A stretch of 64,000 bases of DNA from Penicillus capitatus. Its lineage: Eukaryota > Plantae > Chlorophyta. Below the pieces are notes generated by a model that was not told the origin of the DNA, ran no database searches, and saw nothing but the letters and a program-made list of their open reading frames with translations. The stretch's first letter is position 1. Each line of letters starts with the position of its first letter. The DNA lies in NCBI GenBank assembly GCA_965649825.1, contig OZ287707.1:550292-614291 (forward strand). Direction: 5' to 3'. Positions 33,416-46,608 of this stretch are shown in pieces. The translations under genes were made by a program, and so were the position numbers.

Positions 33416-34910
33416 ATGGACTGTTTCGACGCTATCGTCGCGCTTTCGGATTCAAAACAGAAAGAGGATAAATACAATGCGATCTTTCAAGATATCATGG
33501 CAGCAAAAGACGCAGATCGGGCGAGAGCTTATCTCCGACACTGTACGAAGGCAAGGCAGGTCGAAGTGGATGAGACATGTGACGTGTAGTGTTATCGGAC
33601 GCTGTGCCACTCGTCGTGAGTCGCAGAGTGGTTGCCGTCTTCGCTCAGCGCGTTCCAGAACTGCCGGCAGACCAACACAAAGATATCGCAGGATTGTAAT
33701 GGCCAGCTTTTATGTCACCCGATCGATAAGACTCTTGTCCTTGCTGTTGTCAGTGCACTCGAAATCCTTCAGCCACGCGTGGTCAGCTTTGTCGAGCAGT
33801 GCTCAACGATCCGGGAGAACCTGGCAAAAGTTTTGGAAGAAGAGGAGAGCTGGAGCGAAGCTGCACGCGTACTGAGTGGCATTGACTATGAATCGAGTAT
33901 TTGGCAAGGGAATAGTTTAGCAAGACTGGAGAAATACATAAAGATTGCTATGCTATACTTGGAGGATGCCGATCACGGAAATGCCGAAGTCTTTATCAAA
34001 AGAGCTGCATCGTACATCGGCGACTGTCAAGATGACGCCCTTCAACTGCAGTACAAGGTAAAGAGGCTTCGCAAGATGTCACGTCCTCCAGGAAGGATCG
34101 ATGTTCAGATGTGTTACGCGAGAGTGCTCGATGCCAAGAGGCGGTTTCTGGAAGTGGCCATGCGGTACTATGAGCTGAGTCTGTTGGGCAAAACAGAAAT
34201 TGGAGGAAAGAAAGTACGAGAGGAGGAGTTGGAAATGGCCCTGATGGCATCCGTGAAGTGCACCATCCTGGCAGCCCCCTGTCCACAGCGCTCCCGCATG
34301 TTGGCAACTCTCTACAAAGATGAACTCACTGCCCGACTGCCAGTCTTCCCTTTCTTAGAAAAAGTGTTCATGGAACGCATCTTGAATAAGTACTCGACAT
34401 CTCCGTGGGTTCCACTTCAGAAAGATCTTCTGTAGAGAAGAGGTCGAGCAGTTTGCATCGACGCTGGAGCCACATCAGCTTGCCAGACTACCTGATGGAT
34501 CGACAGTTTTGGATAAAGCTGTATTACAGCATAATATTCTGGCAGTCAGCAAGCTCTATTTGAACATAGCTGTGGATCAACTGGCCTCTCTTTTGGGAGT
34601 GGATGCAGACAAGGCAGAGACGGTCGCAGCCGAGATGATTTATGAAGGGAGGTTGAAGGGATACATCGATCAGGTGCCATAGACTTTGCTTGAGAAAACC
34701 TTGTATAGATGTATGGAACGACAGGTTGCTGGTTTTGTCTACTTCTCCGATGACAGCGATGATCCACTGCGTCGATGGGATCAACGCATCGAGAATGTCT
34801 GTCAACGTGTGAACAGCATCGTGGACATGATAGACAAGAAAGGAATCAAAATCGAGACATCGGCACTGACACCGACTCAAGAAATGGCTGGTCCTTCATC
34901 ATCGTCTTGA
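33416..34910 (+). CDS. CSN4: COP9 signalosome subunit 4
   Basis: LSDAVPLVVSR, QPRVVSFVEQ, CYARVLDAKRRFLEVA, ILAAPCPQRSRMLATLYKDE, and a PCI domain (AEMIYEGRLKGYIDQV). Confidence 0.92.
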
Positions 34911-34950
34911 AAACGGAGCTCGTCGATGCAACGGACATTGGATAGATAGA

Positions 34951-37900
34951 TTACATGTTCAGTTCAGAAGTCTCTAACTGGACACGCGTTTCATCATCAC
35001 CTTGCATGTCTCCGTCTGCCCTTACTTTCTGCTGTCTACGTTCTGCCACTGTCTTCAAGTTGCCAACGAACCTGTTCATACTACAGCTTACAGAACGCGA
35101 TACACTTCGGAAGGTTTTACCTGTTGACCCATCGAATGCAACCAAGTGATGGAAAACGTCTTCGCACTTGTATAGCCTTCCATGCAGCTTGAACCATTGT
35201 TGCTGCCCAATTGAGGCGTGCATTATTGGGCCAGCGAAAATCGAACTCGATCTGGATGTCTGGCCTCACCCCATCAGGACAGGACCCTGCATGACAGCCC
35301 TGATCGGAATCGCATGATGCACTTGTCTCCCACCTTTCATAAGAGACCACACGTTGTGCGCCGTGATGAGCTTCTTTTCGACACCGTCAACTTTGAAATT
35401 CTCAATACAGGAGGACTGGGAGTTCAAAGCGAGCTTGTAGAGCTTGTGTGCCACCTGGATGCAGAACGCGTTGCCATTCTTATCGGAATTTCTCACTTTG
35501 TAGTCATCTGGTCGATGCATTCGTAGATGGTAATGCATCTCTGGATGTTGTGCATCAAACACATTCTCGTAGCCAAGTCGTTGACAGATGAGGGCCTAGC
35601 GACGTCTGTCACGAACTCTGGTGGATTTTCTGAGAGACCTGTTCTGTGGGCTCTAGCACGGACATGATCAGATGCCACTTGAGTTGGCGATTCACAATCC
35701 GTGCCCAGAAAAGACATACCATTTCAACACGGAGATAGGCATTCGATTTCGGTATTCTCTCAAGCAGATCACATATCTGCGTCGCCTAGGAAAGCACACG
35801 ATGGTTCAATCATGACATCTTGGACGGTATGTTGCAGGAGTCTAGTTACGGTGACGTAGTGTTCGATGGCAAGAACACGGAGGGCTGGTAGAAGTTCCTT
35901 CTGATCTCTGACATCCGCATCCAGAGAGCCATCCCAAGAACGAAACCTAACATTGATGATCAGCATCGCCCCGTTTCTAGATTCCACACCTGTGCAGAAC
36001 GCTGACGATCTTCCTGAGTTGAGGATTGGCAACATCTTGACGAAGGGTTTCCTTTTCGGACAGATCAGATCCCGTCAAGCGATTGACCATAATCCAGAAT
36101 TCTTTGCTATCCAAAGGGGCTGCCTGCGTCGACACTGGACGCAAATCGACAAAACTGACCTATGAAGATGTACGATCAGTATATCCATCATAGGTAGAGG
36201 AGAGACTTTGAGTCTGCCTTCTCTGGGAAGCTGAATTTGGTTTGGATCTGAGATAAAGAGCTGATTTCCATCGAGATTAAAATTTGGCATCGGTGTGATG
36301 CAGGGCAATTGACAGAGTCCCGCATCGAACTGTTGACAGAAGAGTTCAATTAATCTCCGAGCAATGGTATAGTGTGCTTGCTGGCCCAGAACTAAGTCAT
36401 AGACACCTGCGAGCCATATAACTCAATCGAACTCCCTCTTTTGCGAACAGGCAAAACAAACCTGTTGGATTATCAGGATGAAAGAGGGACAAAACGCCGA
36501 TGCTGTCGTTCACGAGATCCTGCTCTCTCGGACGCATGATCTGCATCACGATGCCGAAATTCTCAGGATCGACGATGCGTCCAAAAATCTTAACCAGCAG
36601 GCAACCACACAAATCTCGTCGGAATTGGTGATGATGGCGGATGTCCTACTGTTGTGGCTGCTCTGACTTTGTCGTGCCCATAGATGAATGTCTCCACGAC
36701 GCATTTTGCTTGTTCACATGTGAAGTAGTAATCCCAGCAGAGTGCCTCCAGTAATTCCACTCTCCAGTGCTCCGTCATGAATAGACTGCTCTTGATCGTT
36801 CGATCCATTTCCCATGTCTTCCCAACCAGAGTACTTCCTGGATCCTTGTTAAAACGGCCACCGAATGTCGAGAATGCTGGACACCTATCTACCCCTTGCC
36901 TGTCGGGATACGGTTTGAAATCTCTTATCGGCAGCAAGTCGATGCCAGACGCTATCGAAGGCGCTGTTGCTTAAGGGATGATCTGTAACAGATGGACGTT
37001 TCGATGCTGCAAACTCCACGAACAACTGCCCCTCGCTTGGTATCTCCCATGAGATTTCGCCAGGCTTTCTCATCTAACGCTCGATATGAAGTGCAACATC
37101 ATGGATGTGACAGGTACTTTGGACGACAGATGGAAAGGATAGTCATTAAGCAAGGACGTTCTCCAGGATTGAGCTCCATGTTCTTTCGCCAGCTCCAATA
37201 GCCTCTTGGCAATAAGACGGTCAACCGAGTTAGATAGATCCAGGGAGTATTTGCCGTTTGGGTTTCGCTCGTTGAGTTCTGTGATAGACTGTCCAGCATA
37301 GTTCCTCCGAAAACTGCATCCTCGAATGTCTACATGACGGTCGTTACCTACAGCAAGAACGGCGATGACTGGCATAGTCACATCAACGTATGTCTTGCCA
37401 GATGTCATCGGTTTCAGAAGCATACGGACACCATGCATTCCTAAAGGACTCTCTCTAATTCCGAGTTCCTGCCTCACACGCATTCCCTCATGCGATATGT
37501 TTGTCGAAGAATGGATCGGTGAGTGACTTTTAAGGTTGTGTTTTTCTGAAGCATCGTTGCCAACATGGCACATGTCTGCAGGCTCACTCCATTACCAGAG
37601 ATATCCAGCGATTCTAAGGTGGTGTTTGTTTCTAGCATGGCGATGATGCAACTCGATCCTGTGTCTCCAAACCCACACCACTGAACTGTCAGTGAGGCGA
37701 TTGATTTATTGCAGCGCATCCCTTCGCCGATCAACTTGCCACCACCAAGCTGAAACACAAACACAGTCATTACGGTTTTCAGTTGTTGGCAGAGTGACCC
37801 CCAGATTGTTCCAGTTGAGATTCAAATGTTTCAGCACCCTGAGTCAAATGCAAAAGAACATTGGATCGGTATTATTCGGATGTGATTTTACTTTGTTCCG

Positions 37901-39938
37901 GCAATCAGTTCACCCAGGGCTAAGGAAGAAGATTCTTCCAATCCACAATTCTCAAGCTCTAGATTAGCGAGGCGAGATGAGTGCGATAGCAAGGTTTGAC
38001 ACAGCAAACGAATTCCATCGTCGCCAAGTCGATTTCCAGAAAGAACGAGTTTCTCGATGATTGCACGGGGAACATCTTTGTACCCGACTGCCGTTTTCTT
38101 CCAACGAAGCGCCGCAGATGCGACGGTAAACTGCAGTTGTACGTTGGACATCGAAGCAGGAAGACGTTGATCAATGCAGCAAACCTTGAGAAGGGGCGTC
38201 AATGCATCGATCGCTGCAGAAGTAAGATGATTGTATGCAAGGTTAAGCCTTCGAATTCTTCCTCCTTTTCTTCTGAGCCCATCGATCAGCATTTCTAAGT
38301 TTCTGTCATCGATGCAATTATTTTCCAGTTTCAACTCTTCGACGTCGTTTTTCTCCAGAAGAAGGAATTCGAGGAGTGTTGCGATTTGCTGTTGTCCAAA
38401 GAGTGCATGACTCAAGTCGAAAGTGGATGGATCGGACTGCTTTGAATAGCGTCTCTGCAGTCGGCCGGTATCGCCTGGTTGAAACCAATGGCCTAGATCC
38501 GCCAAAGGAGCTGGATGGCGCATGAACTCTGTTTCGATATCTTCCCTGAGATCTGCATATGACATTCTCTGAGAAGAGTGTGGATGATGCACCCGTCTGT
38601 CTCGTCATTGAGAGGGGGGTCACGGAAGACAGGGATGCTTGTCGAGAGAGGCCTGTCTCGTTGTTCGCGTACGAGTGGAGTAAAGGGAAGTATCGGTTTG
38701 ATCGTAGAAACGCTGTTCACGCGACTTGCCTAAGCACCATCGATTCGAATGAATTCTCGCTGCGATGCGTAACAGACCTGATGTCCGGGATAGATCCAGT
38801 TGCATTCATCTCTCCGCTGACGGAAACACACGTTTGCTGTAGTCGGTTGACTAATTTCGGCTCTTTTTCGGAATGTGGGTTTTCGTGCCAGTTCTCGCGT
38901 GAAGTGCGAAAAAACTTGCTGAAATCCGCTGTCTGACATCCCCTGCACTCGCAGAACAGTGAAATCTCCGACAGGTTAACGACAAGAAACCGAGCCTTGT
39001 CGGTCACTTCCACCGATCTGTGAAGATCTGATTGGCGGAGGGCCAGAAAATCCGCCGTAGACTGAGAGGATTCGATACCAGATTCAATCCGACCGAAAAG
39101 ATACGGCGTCGATCGAGCCGCAGACGGCTCCATACTTCTCAAAGCCTTTAGGCCAAAAGCTTCGCGGATGGACAAAGGAGCAAAGGACGAACTTCGACAT
39201 CTTCTCCAAAGCAGGTATCTATGGAATACAGACTCTCTTCTTCACTTTCGGAAGCATTCCTATCGTCGTCATCAATGGAAGGCTCTTCCGTGATCGTTTC
39301 CACAAACCATTCAGGTCTGTAGGTACGCAAGACGTCCTGTGCCGAACCAAGAGGTCTGCGCCGTTGCAGATGGACGGCGAACCTCAAAGTGCTGATCAAT
39401 GGCTTGTGGACTGGACTGAATCACGGGTTGCGCTACTCGACCCTCTAAAGAAAAGACAGTACGCAAGACGACGACGACGCAATGACGCTGTTACGCAGCA
39501 GAGCATCCGATTGCTGGCGACTGAATGTGTGAAGCTTCGGATTCCTACGATTCGTTTCGATCAATGTCTCTCCGTCGCCGCCTCTAAGTTCAGTGAGTTC
39601 GATCGGGTTCTTTCGGAGAACCACAATGCGCGCGTCTCTCAGAGAGAAGACCTAGCTGTACGCAGCGAGAGGTGCGAATGTCGTGATCGCGACGCAGGCG
39701 AAGTGATCGACCGGACTCTTTCGAGTCGTTTTTTCGGTGTTTCCTTCGGCGATCGTGTCGAGAGCTCTGTTCATATGGAGAACTGTTAAGAGAACCGGAG
39801 AACACAGTCAGGTACACCATTGAGTTTATCATGTTGCCTCCGGCGCAGTTCTCTATTGAACGCATGCTCTTCCAGTTTGTCACGATCGAGTTTAGGAAAG
39901 AGCAGAATTTCTTCGCGACAGACTGCCGCCATTGTCAT
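34951..39938 (-). CDS. large leucine-rich-repeat protein with repeated NPxGxYxLDL-type modules; 5' extent uncertain
   Basis: RNI-like LRRs (LKLENNCID, LNLAYNHL, LVLSGNRLGDDG, LDISGN), then NPNGKYSLDLSNSVDRLIAKRLL, YYFTCEQA and HPEMHYHLRMHRPDDYK. The core 34951-38592 is solid. Exons between 38600 and 39938 are tentative. Confidence 0.6.
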
Positions 39939-40084
39939 CGATTCGCCTTCTTGTTTGCGGTTGCTGTTTAACGAGATGGCGACCTTGCCTTTGACACAAT
40001 CGAGGCAACGCTGTCTCGTCACGGCCGTGTACAGCACGGAGTCTAAATGATCTTCAATGTTTATTATATCAGCCGCCCTTTCAC

Positions 40085-41167
40085 ATGTCGACCTCCGAGA
40101 AGCGCGACGATCTCGTCAATGAAGAGAACAGTCCGGGACCATCCGAACTGGTCCCTGCCGAAGTTCCCGAAGGTTTACTCGAGCAACTACTCGAGATGGG
40201 CTTCTCACGCAATCGAGCCATAAGGGCAATTCACTTTTCCGAAGCCGACGTCGCTGAGCAGGCCATCACTTGGTTGGCTGACAACGAAGACGCTGAAGAC
40301 TTGGACCTTCCTCTCTACGTTAAACCCAAGAAGGCACTGACCCCTGAGGAAATGCGCGAACAAGTCGAGCAATTGCGCAAGACAGCTAGGGAACGCAGAG
40401 AAAAAGAAGAAAAAGAAGCAGAGCGGCTGAGAGAGAAGGAACGCATTAGGATGGGGAAAGAGATGCAGGCGGCGTTGGAAAAAGAGAAAGAACAGGAAAT
40501 GCAGCGCACCATCGAGCTGCGAAAACGACAGAAGGAAGAGGACAAAATCGCCAGGCATGGTGCCTTGGTGGTCTCCAATGCTCTCATGTTGCGTTTTTGA
40601 AGGGATAAGATACGGATGAAGGTGGAAGAGGATCGAAAAGAGAGGCGACGGAAATTGGGTCTCCCCGAAGAACTGACCGAAGAGGAGAAGGAGAAGGAAG
40701 AAAAAAGAAGACAGGCAAAAATGAAGGAAGACGCTCAGAGATTAGAGAAACATGTCGCCTACGCGAAACCGGTGGGTATCACCGAAAAGCTGCGAAAAAT
40801 CCTCGTCGGCATGAAGAAAGGGGCAGGTAAGATGGACGGGTGTCTGTGCTTGTCTCTTTATCTGCTTGCCTCAGGGGATGCTGCTTTCAAAACAAGTTGT
40901 TCTGTTCTGCTGAAATACGTTGGAAACATCGCCAAGAATCCAGAAGAAGAGAAATTTCGGCGGATTCGATTAAGCAATGCGGCTTTTCAGCAGAAGGTGG
41001 CCTCCGTAACAGGAGGCGTCGATTTTCTGGTGGCATGTGGGTTTGGTTACGACACTGATCGAGAGTTCCTTACTATAACACGAGATGCCGTAAATCCCGA
41101 AACGCTTGATGCGGCAGGGACTGTTCTGGATAGCGCAATGAACAATCCTTTTTTCGGGCAGCTTTAG
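40085..41167 (+). CDS. UBA + coiled-coil + PUB domain protein (p97/CDC48 cofactor)
   Basis: LLEMGFSRNRAIRAI (UBA), ERRRKLGLP, LKYVGNIAKNPEEEKFRRIRLSNAAFQ...GGVDFLVACGF (PUB). Confidence 0.88.
40555..40602 (+). other. GC-AG intron in the PUB gene
   Basis: AG|GCATGG...TGAAG|G gives KIAR-DKIRMK. The nearby GT donors all lead to immediate stops. Confidence 0.8.
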
Positions 41168-41575
41168 ATGGCACAGACGCTGTTTTACACGACAAAGATC
41201 GTCACGATATCGACTCCAAACAAATCCAGAATCCATTCGCTTTGCGTGGTCCTGGCCATGTCTTTGTTTCGCAGATAGGCGCATTTCTCCTACCTTTCAA
41301 CCTCGAAGAAGAACAAGCTAAAGAAACCGGCATCCATTGTTGCCTTGCTTATCCGTCTCCCACTTCGCAAAACCGTAAAGAGGTGATGTCATGCAATACA
41401 GCATGACGATCGTCTTGCGATCACGACTCGTGACAGAAAGCTAAAAGTGTGACTGACACGCTTAAACAAAGTCTTCCATGTCGTCAAGCGTCAGTAACCA
41501 GATTGGCGATGGAAGGTATCGATCGCGTCACATCATCCGTGCAGTGGAAGGTGGTCGAATTCTTGATCAATCACA

Positions 41576-43418
41576 ATGGTAGCAACTGCGCTGTGTCTCG
41601 CGCGCTGCACATTCTCTTCGAAGGCAGGACCTATCAAAAACACGCACTGCCTGTTTCCGAGAAAGCGTCCGTTGCGATGCGCAACACGTTCTCCGCGAAG
41701 CTCGAAGCTTATGGCGCAGTCTGAAGACACAACTGGCAGCATCACCGAAGCTGATGCCCCCAAAGAAGACTCCGTCTCTTCCAAGCCCCGAGAGGAACCT
41801 CAACGGCTCTCCTCTGCACGTCAAATTGCCAGTGTCGACCCAGACGATCAAGAGTTCAGTTGGCAAGACTTCTTTCGAGGAGACCTACCAAAGAAACTCG
41901 CTATTCTACTGGGACTGATTGCCTTTTCTCGCGTCGGCGTCTATATTCGGTTACCTGGAGTCGATGTCGATGCCTTTGCTCAGAGTATGCAATCGGGAGG
42001 GCTCTTAGGATATGTCGACACCCTCTCAGGCGGATCGATTTCCAGAGTCGGGTTTTTCTCGCTAGGTAATGACAGATAACGATTCGATGAGGACAACTCG
42101 TCATCTTTTTTGATCCAGGTATCATTCCCTATATCAACGCATCCATTCTCTTGCAGATCCTCTCCGTTGTTTTTCCCTTCTTGAAGAAACTGCAGAGAGA
42201 CGAAGGGCCATCTGTCAGGACAGTTATTGGCGATGAGTGGTGATGTGACGTTTCTGTGTGATAGGGTCGAAAAAGATTCAAACGATATACGCAACTGGTC
42301 GCCATAGGTTTTGCCGTTATTCAAGCAATTGGTCAATTAACGTATCTCAGACCGTATGTCAAAGACTGGAGTTTCTTCTGGCTCGTCGGAAACACAGCGA
42401 TCTTGACAGGCAGTGCTGCTATCCTTATCTTTGTGCGTCTCTCCTGGCCCATTACCATGATCACGTCCTGTGTCAGGTGGCCGAGTATATGTCCGAGTTG
42501 AAACTGGGAAATGGCACATCCTTGCTCATCTTCTCGAACATTGCCTCCTCCTTACCGACATCTTTTGGCGCGACGTTACAGCAGGCGTCTGAAAAAGATC
42601 AATCCAATCTGGTAACATCGCTCTCTCTATACGTTTTAGACAGCTACATCTTGAACAGGCTGTGTTTGGTCTGGCTTTCTTTCTGACGACCTTGGGCGTC
42701 GTTTATGTACAAGAGGCCGAGAGAAGGATTCCGATGAACTATGCTTCGCGGTACAAAGTGGGCGCTCTGGGAAATCAAGCCTATCTCCCGTTCAAAGTCA
42801 ATGCCACAGGGGTGATGCCCGTGATCTTTGCTTCAGCTGTTATGGCATTACCCTCCAGTCTCGCAAGAAACAGCAGCAATGCTGCACTCATCGTCGTTGC
42901 CAACGCCTTATATCCGACAGGCGCCCTCTACGTGCCAGTAAGTGCTTTCTTCTCTGGCAAAACCACCTCTGACGTACCTCCGTGTTAGTTGAGCGTTGCT
43001 CTCATCGCACTGTTCAACTCCTACTACACCTTTATCCAACTGGATCCTAAGGATGTCAGCGAACAGCTGAAGAAACAGGTAGACAGCTAGGCGAATACCT
43101 CCATTCGCAAACGGAGGTATTGTGTGTAACTAGGGAGCCTCCATTCCAGCCGTTCGTCCAGGGAAGGCGACATCAGACTTTATTCGGAAGACATTGACAC
43201 GCATGTCTGTCCTTGGCAGCGGTTTTCTTGGTGCATTGTCTGCTGCCCCTGCTGCCGTGGAAGCAATCACACATCTAACAGCCTTCAGAGGTTTTGCAGG
43301 CACATCTGTGCTGATTCTGGTCGGCGTCGCTTCCGATACAGCCCGACGCGTTCGTGCAGAGCAAGCCATGGGCAAGTATCGTAATTTAGATGACATGTAT
43401 AAAGACATCCGTCTTTGA
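41576..43418 (+). CDS. SCY1: thylakoid SecY (cpSecY1)
   Basis: Transit peptide, FFRGDLPKKL...FSRVGVYI, DTLSGGSISRVGFFSLG|IIP, LGNGTSLLIF, PFKVNATGVMPVIFA, PAVRPGKAT, GTSVLILVG. Confidence 0.93.
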
Positions 43419-43463
43419 GGCCAAAAATTCCGAACGCATTCGGTGTATATATCATTTCTAGAA

Positions 43464-44461
43464 TCACTCTATTGTGTCACGGAAACGGGGGACGGAACCA
43501 CTGCTCCTAAACTTACGCATCAAAGATGGTATGGCACGTACATAGTCACTAAGGACAACATCAAAGGAATTCATCTCGATGAGCTTCTGACCCAAAACAC
43601 AGACGTTCCATCCAACAAGAGCGTTGGAATGGATGTCATGCTCGACAGGAAGACTGAAACTGATACGCATGACAGTGTGTCCTAGATCCGAGTATCTTTC
43701 GATGAAATCCCGAACTAAATCGGATAATGTCTCAAATTTGAGATCTTTAAACATGAGAGATTCCCGTCGACTGATGCCGAGAGCACCAAACTTTGAAGAG
43801 ATACGATCGAAGACGACCAACACGATGTGTCTGCCAGAGACACGGCAGATGTTAGATCAGAGGGACAGTTGGACACATGCCACATGCCTGTGTGTTTGTG
43901 CGGCATTCATTGTTCTGAAGGACAATGTCCATCTGTCCAGATCTTTCCATCCGGCTGTGCAATACATTCCAAGAAACACAGCTTCGATGCATTTGATAGG
44001 CAGTTTTGAATAAATCACTGTCTTTGCTGTTTGCATCAGCTGATAAAACGGTCGTTTCTTTGAAACATTGAAATGATAGCCGGGTGCATAGTTGTACCGA
44101 AAATGACGAATATAGTCCTGTGTATAACACAGAAAATTCTGAACATGTCTTGAATGAAAGCCGGAGTGTCTGTTTACTTGAATAATAGTGAGTCGCTGTT
44201 CCATGCTCTGCGTGACTGGTGGCTTTGGAAGCGGTTGAGGACGCGGTGCATCCAGGCCAAGCTTTTCCAGCTCTGTATCCGAGCATTCATGTATCAGTAA
44301 CTCCTAGAAACGGTACAGTAGATTCGAACACTGTCCTCACGTCTTAGAAAAACGACCGTTTGATGAAACTGCTCGGCATTCAACGGCATCTGTTTCAAGA
44401 TTTTTTCGAGGTGATCCGCCGCGCTTCCATTGACGTCTCTTTCGAGGGGTTTCTTCGTCAT
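43464..44461 (-). CDS. VASH: vasohibin-family tubulin carboxypeptidase (detyrosinase)
   Basis: FRYNY, LPIKCIEAVFLG (catalytic Cys), R|HIVL (catalytic His), FGALGISRR, LSDLVRDF. Confidence 0.85.
43831..43887 (-). other. GC-AG intron in vasohibin
   Basis: AG|GCATGT...GGCAG|A is required to build the catalytic HRHIVL. The GT alternatives shift the frame. Confidence 0.82.
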
Positions 44462-44649
44462 GAAGACGCGGACGGTCGTTTGACGATTCCGAGGTTCGTC
44501 GGAGGATGAAGGATTGGCCGACTGACTTCTGAGAGTCCACTAAATGCGCGGTTAGTACTTAAGCGCAGCATTATCCAATGTTCGATCGCCGTCTTAACTA
44601 CTGTCGCGTCACGCGTGTCCAGATTCCGATACGACTCAGTTTTGTTGCC

Positions 44650-46312
44650 ATGATACCTGCTCCGTTTCGACGTCAGATGCTCAAAGTGCTGAACAGGTGT
44701 ACAAACACCTTCAATCCACTTCCTTTAATCGGTAGACTGCTGAAGCTTCTCTTTCGCCGCGGACGTGTTCCTTCAGGTGGAACCACCATCTCCGCACTCT
44801 CCCTTAGCACCGCCTCGCGTAAAGAGGTCGATTCGATGGGAGAACTTGAAGTACCTGGTGATAAGTATTGGGGCGCACAGACGCAACGCTCATTGCAGAA
44901 TTTTAAGATCGGCGGCCCGCGTGAACGCATGCCGGATCCCGTGATTTGCGCCTTCGGTCTTCTCAAACGCGCCGCGGCGAAAGTGAATATGGAAGACGGT
45001 GTCCTGGATTCCAAAATAGGCAACGCTGTCATCCAAGCAGCCACCGAAGTCGCTGATGGAAAACTCTTCGACCACTTTCCTCTGGTCGTATGGCAGACGG
45101 GTTCTGGGACGCAGAGCAACATGAATGCCAACGAGGTGATTGCCAATCGGGCTATTGAGATGATGGGAGGGAGTATGGGTAGCAAATCTGTTCACCCCAA
45201 CGATCATGTGAACAAAGGACAAAGCTCCAACGATACCTTCCCTACCGTCATGCACATCGCTGCAGTGATAGAGATACAGAATCGACTACTGCCAGGACTG
45301 GAGATGCTCAAGGAGGCGCTAAAGAAGAAGACTGAGGAGTTTAGTAAGACGATCAAAATCGGAAGGACACATACACAGGACGCCACTCCTTTGACGCTGG
45401 GACAGGAATTCAGTGGCTATCTCACTCAGGCAAGCACGTATGTGATATCGGTGCATGCGTGATAGCAAATGGCTCTGCAGGTGGAGTATGGCATCGAAAG
45501 AGTAAAGTCCTGTCTTCCTCGACTTTACCGAGTGGCGCAGGGAGGAACGGCTGTGGGTACAGGTTTGAATACATTGGACGGATTCGATGCACGTCTGGCC
45601 AAGACACTGGCTGCCGACACTGGTCTGCCTTTTGAGACAGCGCCTAACAAATTCGAGGCTCTGGCTGCCCATGATGCCATTGTGGAGGCGAGTGGCTGCT
45701 TGAACGCTGTTGCCGTGTCTCTGATGAAAGTGGCAAACGATATTCGTTTTCTTGGATCGGGACCCCGTTGTGGACTGGGCGAGTTGAGATTGCCCGAGAA
45801 CGAACCGGGAAGCAGCATCATGCCTGGTATGACTGCCGAACATCTGATATTGATGTGACCTTTCATGATGGACAGGGAAGGTGAATCCCACACAGTGCGA
45901 GGCCATGACGATGGTCTGTGCTCAAGTGATGGGGAATCATGTCGCTGTGTCCATTGGAGGCAGCAACGGGCATTTTGAGCTGAATGTCTTCAAACCGATG
46001 ATGATCAGCACTCTGCTGCATTCCATTCGTTTGCTTGGAGACGCCTCTGTGTCTTTCACTGAGAACTGTGTCCAAGGCATTCAAGCCAATGAGGAACGTA
46101 TCTCGCATCTACTGCACAACTCTTTGATGTTGGTGACAGCTTTGAACAACCGTGTGGGATATGACAATGCGGCGGCTGCCGCAAAGAAAGCGCACAAAGA
46201 GGGGACATCGCTGAAGGAAGCGGCTGTTGCTTTGAAAATTGTCACCCCTGCACAATTCGATGAATGGGTGCGTCCAGAGGACATGATTACACCCAATAAA
46301 CTCAAAGCTTAA
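44650..46312 (+). CDS. FUM: class II fumarate hydratase, probably mitochondrial
   Basis: [69 protein letters not shown]|KVNPTQCE. The start is uncertain. Confidence 0.95.
45430..45480 (+). other. GC-AG intron in fumarase
   Basis: CAG|GCAAGC...TGCAG|GTG gives [12 protein letters not shown]. The internal GTATGT donor shifts the frame. Confidence 0.85.
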
Positions 46313-46608
46313 TTCTCTTTGCCCTTTGCACTGTCTGCTAGACAAATCTGGTGTCTTTTCTGATTTATCTGAAAACAATCTCTGGTTTGTTGCTCGGTAT
46401 AAAGGGATCTTTAACAAGACAGACAGTTCATCAAACTCGACTTCTCACATTGAGAAGATGAATAGAAAAGGCAGAGCTTATTCTGCAGGTTGCCACTGCT
46501 TACCGTTCACGCTCTCAATGCAACAAACATAGACTCAAAATATCCCGAATCTATCTCGGCCACTACGACTTCTTGAAATCCATGGCTCTGCGGAGTTGGG
46601 AGAACGTC

